A DNA stretch of 36,463 nucleotides from positions 1-36,463 of the IMG/VR virus record IMGVR_UViG_3300030372_002666; one strand, 5' to 3'. Source of the stretch: a virus. Lineage: Duplodnaviria > Caudoviricetes. Shown one piece after another: positions 32,330 to 36,463 of the stretch. The notes beneath the pieces are model-generated. The model had not been told where the DNA came from. It saw only the letters and a list, made by a program, of their open reading frames with translations, and made no database searches. The position numbers and the translations under genes were made by a program. Every line of letters starts with the position of its first letter. The first letter of the stretch is position 1.

Positions 32330-32616
32330 CTATGTACTGCTTTATTATTTATTAATTTATGCTTTACGATGTCGATGCGTCCAAGACCCTTAGAATGTTT
32401 TTTAGAACACTCTTTTACATACTCTTCTTCAATAGTTTTAAAGGAATCAGATTTTTTTATAATTTCTCCATCTACCCAAAGAAAAAACTTTTTAGAGTCA
32501 GGATATGTAATTGATGTATAAGTCCCATCAGATAATAAAACTTTTTTTGTCATTCCTTTCTTATTATTGAAATGAATAACAATATCAAAATCTTGAACGC
32601 ATCTTCTGACAATCAT
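32326..32616 (-). CDS. Hypothetical protein
   Basis: ORF track; coupled to its neighbours. Confidence 0.7.
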   Translation of the reverse strand: MIVRRCVQDFDIVIHFNNKKGMTKKVLLSDGTYTSITYPDSKKFFLWVDGEIIKKSDSFKTIEEEYVKECSKKHSKGLGRIDIVKHKLINNKAVHR

Positions 32617-32870
32617 TAGTCGTTTTCATCTCCCATATCGTGAGGTGAATGATCGTTACTGTCTTTAGCTAACGATTCTTCCATTAACCTTACAAACCCA
32701 TCTCTAGAAACAGCTAATTGCTGTTGAATAAAGTTATTTTGGTTAATTTTATCATCAATATTTTTTAAATGTAAATACATTTGCTTTTGTTCGTCATTTA
32801 AATCCTTATTGACATCATATTCAACATCATTAAGGGTTAGTTTTGGCGATTGATTTTCTTTTTTAGCCAT
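32616..32870 (-). CDS. Small coiled-coil protein after the fibre gene
   Basis: ORF track; AAGGAG SD. Confidence 0.75.
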   Translation of the reverse strand: MAKKENQSPKLTLNDVEYDVNKDLNDEQKQMYLHLKNIDDKINQNNFIQQQLAVSRDGFVRLMEESLAKDSNDHSPHDMGDEND

Positions 32871-32891
32871 TTTCGACTCCTTGTTTGTTAA

Positions 32892-35800
32892 TTATTTCTT
32901 TTCTAATGCTTCTACTTTTGCACTTAATTCTTGCACTGCTTTAATTAATGGAGCTATGAACTGCACATAGTCAGCACCTAAATAATCGCCTTTGTCTGTA
33001 ATGCCAGCAAAATCTTCATTACCACTTTCTTTTAATACTTCCTGTACTTCTTGTGCAATAATACCATATTTTAATTTTTCTGGTTTTTTGTCATCAATAA
33101 ATTTGTAGCTAACAGGTCTAAGTGCATTAACAAATGACAGCCCTAAATCAGAGTCATTTATATTTTCCTTGAGCCTTTTATCTGATGTGTTTATTGTCCC
33201 ATTAGCATACATTTCAGCATCGCCATCTGAAGACATATAAACCTTAGTCACAGACCCATTACCAAGTGTTACTGAGTTGTTTGCTTGTCCAACTGCTCCA
33301 GTTCCTATAGAAATCTGATTATCTGCTGTAGCTGAACTTGTACTTGCTCCATCTCCTATACATACATTAGAAATTCCAGTTGTAATAGCGTTTGAGGCAT
33401 TTCCAGCTCCATAACCAATAAGTGTATTTGAATGAGCTATACCTTCTAAATTGTATCCAGCCAATGCTCCCAACGCACTATTCCCCTCTCCAGTAATTGC
33501 ATTTCCAGACGCTTCTCCCATTACTCCTTCACCAACTCCAGTATTATAATCTGCATTGGTTAAACTCATTCCAGAAGTATTGCCTACAAATGTATTAGAA
33601 ATACCTCCACTTCCAGCTAGGTTTGTTAATGAATTGTAACCGATAGCAATATTTTGCACATTGTGAGTCATATTTGCATCTAAGGCATAATTACCAATAG
33701 CGATATTTTTATTATTTGCCCCAGCATCGGTTCCACCTAAAGCTTCAAAACCTATTGCAATAGAATCATCACAAACATCAGCTTGATATAATGCGTTATG
33801 TCCTATAGCTAAATTTCGACTTCCTGTAGTAAGATTACCTCCTGATTGATAGCCCAATGCCGCATTCCCAGTTCCAGAGGTATTATTAGCTAATGACGCA
33901 TATCCTATTGCAGTAGTTCCACTTGCCGCAGATGTTAAAATTCCTTGTAATGATGCATATCCAACAGCAACACAAAAATTCACATCAGCAGTTGTAAAAG
34001 AACCATTCAGAGCATGAGCACCTATAGCTGTATTGTAATCTGATGCAGTTGTAGCTCTGTGCATTGCACTATATCCAAGTATAGTATTACTTCTTGAAGT
34101 AGTTAATGCTACTCCAGCATTATACCCGATAGCCGTATTTTCAATACCAGTTGTCAATGCACCGAGAGCATTATATCCTATCCCAATCGTTCCTGTATGA
34201 TTATTAGCACCAATAGACTGCATAACTCCAGTACCAATACCAACACATCCAATAACTTCACCAGCTCCAGCCCTTCCAGCAGAATCGCCAATAAAAATAT
34301 TATCTACTGTGGCATTATTATTTAAAGAATCTCCAGCAAAATAACCTATTCCAATATTTCTGGATTCAGTACCATCTAATGCCATTAATGCACCATACCC
34401 TAATGCAACATTTCTATCCCCATCGGTATGATTAAATAATGCTTGATAACCATAAGCAACATTTTTTTCTCCAGTAGTAATGTCAGCACCAGCTTGTTGC
34501 CCAAATAAGCAGTTATAATTCCCCCCACTTGCGATGTCATCTCCAGCTAAATAGCCAAAAATAGTATTGGATGCACCAGCATCATTATTAGTTAGTGAGA
34601 TTCTGGAGTTGTCGTCTAAAATTAATCTTGTACCATTACTTGAACCAGTTTTGAAAACTAATGAGCCTCCAATACTTCCATCGCTTATGCTACCATCATC
34701 AACCTTACCTCTAATACTTGCAACAGATTCATAACTATTACCATCTGAACCTTGAAATGTTATATCCCCAACTTCATCATTATCATTTACAACAGTATGG
34801 CTTCCAATAGTAGTGTTTCTACTTTGCCTTAATCGAATAGATGAACCACTTCCACCAGCAACATGAGAATCTATTAGCATTTGAGCTTCACCAGATTTTG
34901 CTACATGAAGTTCTTTTGCTGGGTTTGTAGTTCCAATCCCGATTTCACCATCATGGTTAATAGCTAAAGCATTTACAGCAGAACCAGCACTATCTTTTGT
35001 TTGAAATAAATATCCTGTTCCATTAGTAACTGCCGCAAAAGTTAAATCAGAAGCATCTCCAGTAACTAAATTATCAATATTAAAATCATATTCTGCAACA
35101 CTTCCTCTTTCAAGCCTCAAAGGGGTTGCTCCACTCACATGAAGAGGTCTGTCTGGAGAGCTAGTTCCAATACCGACATTGCTTCCTTGAATAACCAATC
35201 TTGAGCCCAATGAACCACCGCTTTGAGTTCTAAAATGCATAGTAGCATCTTCTGAACCATCAGATACATCATCGTGATTTACATATATTGTAGCATATTC
35301 AATTTCTTCTGGAGTACCAGCATCATTCATTCCTTTAAATCTTATAACCCCAGAATCATCATTATCATTAGCAGTTCCACTTGTTAAAAATATAAGACCA
35401 CCACCATTTACATTATTTCCAGATTGCTCTATTTTAATGATTGGTTTACCATCAGTAGATGATTTTAAATGCAATAATGCGTCTGGAGAAATTTCTCCGA
35501 TACCAAGCGAACCATTCTGCAAAACAGTTAAAACTTCTGTAGCGGCATTATCGTTTAATAAAGACATCCTACCATCCGTTTGCAACTTAAATTGCATATC
35601 TTTATTACTGCCTGTTTCTTTAAATAATAAAAATGGAGCAGAATCGTCTAATTGAATATCGCCAGAAACATGAAGAGCAACTGAAGGCTGAACACCAATA
35701 CCAAGCAAACCTCCCTCAGTCAATCTCATTAACTCTGTACCACCACCACTTGAACCATTAATACTGAACTCAAAAAATCTATTAGTATCATCATCATCTG

Positions 35801-36125
35801 TATCAATATTAAATGACATATTCTCAAAAGCATTTATATGACCAGAAGATGAATCAGCAGTTCCTAATTCTAATAAACCATTTGGAATTTTTACATTTGA
35901 ATTTGTGGTATCTACTATAAATACATCACCAGCATCTCCATTTTTTCTAACCAGTAGTGCTTCTGTATTGTCTACGTCTATTGTTGATGTACCTTGTATT
36001 ACTTCATTAACCGTAATAGAACTGCTTCCAGTTACCGATAAATCACCCGTAATAGTTACGTCACCTGTAAGTTCTCCACCTGCACTTAAATTTTTTGATA
36101 CATTATTTGTTATTGACCTAAACAT
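32892..36125 (-). CDS. Long fibre protein 2 with C-terminal intramolecular chaperone (peptidase S74-like)
   Basis: 1077 aa; repeated VGIGT..P..LHV modules; many N.AIG..AL beta-roll-like repeats; TSDKRLKENI..LRPVSY..GIIAQEV..LIKAVQEL. Confidence 0.9.
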   Translation of the reverse strand: MFRSITNNVSKNLSAGGELTGDVTITGDLSVTGSSSITVNEVIQGTSTIDVDNTEALLVRKNGDAGDVFIVDTTNSNVKIPNGLLELGTADSSSGHINAFENMSFNIDTDDDDTNRFFEFSINGSSGGGTELMRLTEGGLLGIGVQPSVALHVSGDIQLDDSAPFLLFKETGSNKDMQFKLQTDGRMSLLNDNAATEVLTVLQNGSLGIGEISPDALLHLKSSTDGKPIIKIEQSGNNVNGGGLIFLTSGTANDNDDSGVIRFKGMNDAGTPEEIEYATIYVNHDDVSDGSEDATMHFRTQSGGSLGSRLVIQGSNVGIGTSSPDRPLHVSGATPLRLERGSVAEYDFNIDNLVTGDASDLTFAAVTNGTGYLFQTKDSAGSAVNALAINHDGEIGIGTTNPAKELHVAKSGEAQMLIDSHVAGGSGSSIRLRQSRNTTIGSHTVVNDNDEVGDITFQGSDGNSYESVASIRGKVDDGSISDGSIGGSLVFKTGSSNGTRLILDDNSRISLTNNDAGASNTIFGYLAGDDIASGGNYNCLFGQQAGADITTGEKNVAYGYQALFNHTDGDRNVALGYGALMALDGTESRNIGIGYFAGDSLNNNATVDNIFIGDSAGRAGAGEVIGCVGIGTGVMQSIGANNHTGTIGIGYNALGALTTGIENTAIGYNAGVALTTSRSNTILGYSAMHRATTASDYNTAIGAHALNGSFTTADVNFCVAVGYASLQGILTSAASGTTAIGYASLANNTSGTGNAALGYQSGGNLTTGSRNLAIGHNALYQADVCDDSIAIGFEALGGTDAGANNKNIAIGNYALDANMTHNVQNIAIGYNSLTNLAGSGGISNTFVGNTSGMSLTNADYNTGVGEGVMGEASGNAITGEGNSALGALAGYNLEGIAHSNTLIGYGAGNASNAITTGISNVCIGDGASTSSATADNQISIGTGAVGQANNSVTLGNGSVTKVYMSSDGDAEMYANGTINTSDKRLKENINDSDLGLSFVNALRPVSYKFIDDKKPEKLKYGIIAQEVQEVLKESGNEDFAGITDKGDYLGADYVQFIAPLIKAVQELSAKVEALEKK
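34474..34559. repeat. Second copy of the 86-bp repeat (matches 1-86)
   Basis: Exact match. Confidence 0.95.
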
Positions 36126-36126
36126 T

Positions 36127-36463
36127 TTACGCCTCTACTAATCTTAAAGTTTTTGCACTAACGCTAGTTACCTGCTTAAAATGAACTGTAATTGCTGTTG
36201 TTGAGCTAGCTTTCAGTCCCAGGGGAACTCGAATGCTCATTAAAGTTTCAGCAGGAATAATAATGTCGTTAGCAGCGGAAATTGTGTCGCTAGCTGACTG
36301 GTCAAATCGCATGTAAACATCTGATGCGGAGTACACTAATATTGTATTTGTGTCTGCGGATAAAGTTTTATATGCGTGAGCTGCGCTAGAAATAGTTAGC
36401 GCGCTAGAAACGGTCCAACCAGCAGATACATCTGCATTTAAAGATTCAACCACACTTTTCTGG
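36127..36463 (-). CDS. Small beta-rich fibre base/adaptor 2 (probably 5'-truncated)
   Basis: Frame open to the window end (..QKSVVESLNAD..) and aligns with HSVQEALNAT of 1804..2148, so the true start is probably just outside the window. Confidence 0.75.
   Translation of the reverse strand, partial: QKSVVESLNADVSAGWTVSSALTISSAAHAYKTLSADTNTILVYSASDVYMRFDQSASDTISAANDIIIPAETLMSIRVPLGLKASSTTAITVHFKQVTSVSAKTLRLVEA

Noticed and set aside
3945-36125. Stop-codon reassignment
   Set aside because: Long genes are intact under the standard code, and TAA, TAG and TGA all end genes at sensible boundaries.

Overview
Near-complete, AT-rich tailed-phage genome (siphovirus-like Caudoviricetes), circularly permuted and broken inside a fibre gene. 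Minus strand: scaffold, major capsid, then two paralogous 'small beta-rich protein + long fibre' modules (one at each end of the window), a lysis/membrane cluster with five tiny highly basic ORFs, an M15 endolysin, and neck, tail tube, frameshifted chaperones, tape measure and tail-tip genes. Plus strand: TerL, portal and minor head genes, then an early/replication arm with a GP88-like Cys-rich protein, many small ORFs, an initiator-like HTH protein, a T7-gp4-like primase-helicase, a metallophosphoesterase, an SSB-like protein and Nin-like genes. No integrase, DNA polymerase, reverse transcriptase or CRISPR array was recognised. The most unusual signals are non-coding: (1) a ~170-nt tRNA-shaped RNA (11352-11521) with a perfect acceptor stem and T-arm, whose D-loop is replaced by an ~85-nt structured domain; (2) a repeated, covarying hairpin-GGGT element, one copy ending directly before that RNA; (3) clustered Fur-box-like and dispersed Rex-box-like palindromes near promoters; (4) a second candidate structured RNA at 19208-19350. 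All family calls are by-eye motif recognition, not database results.
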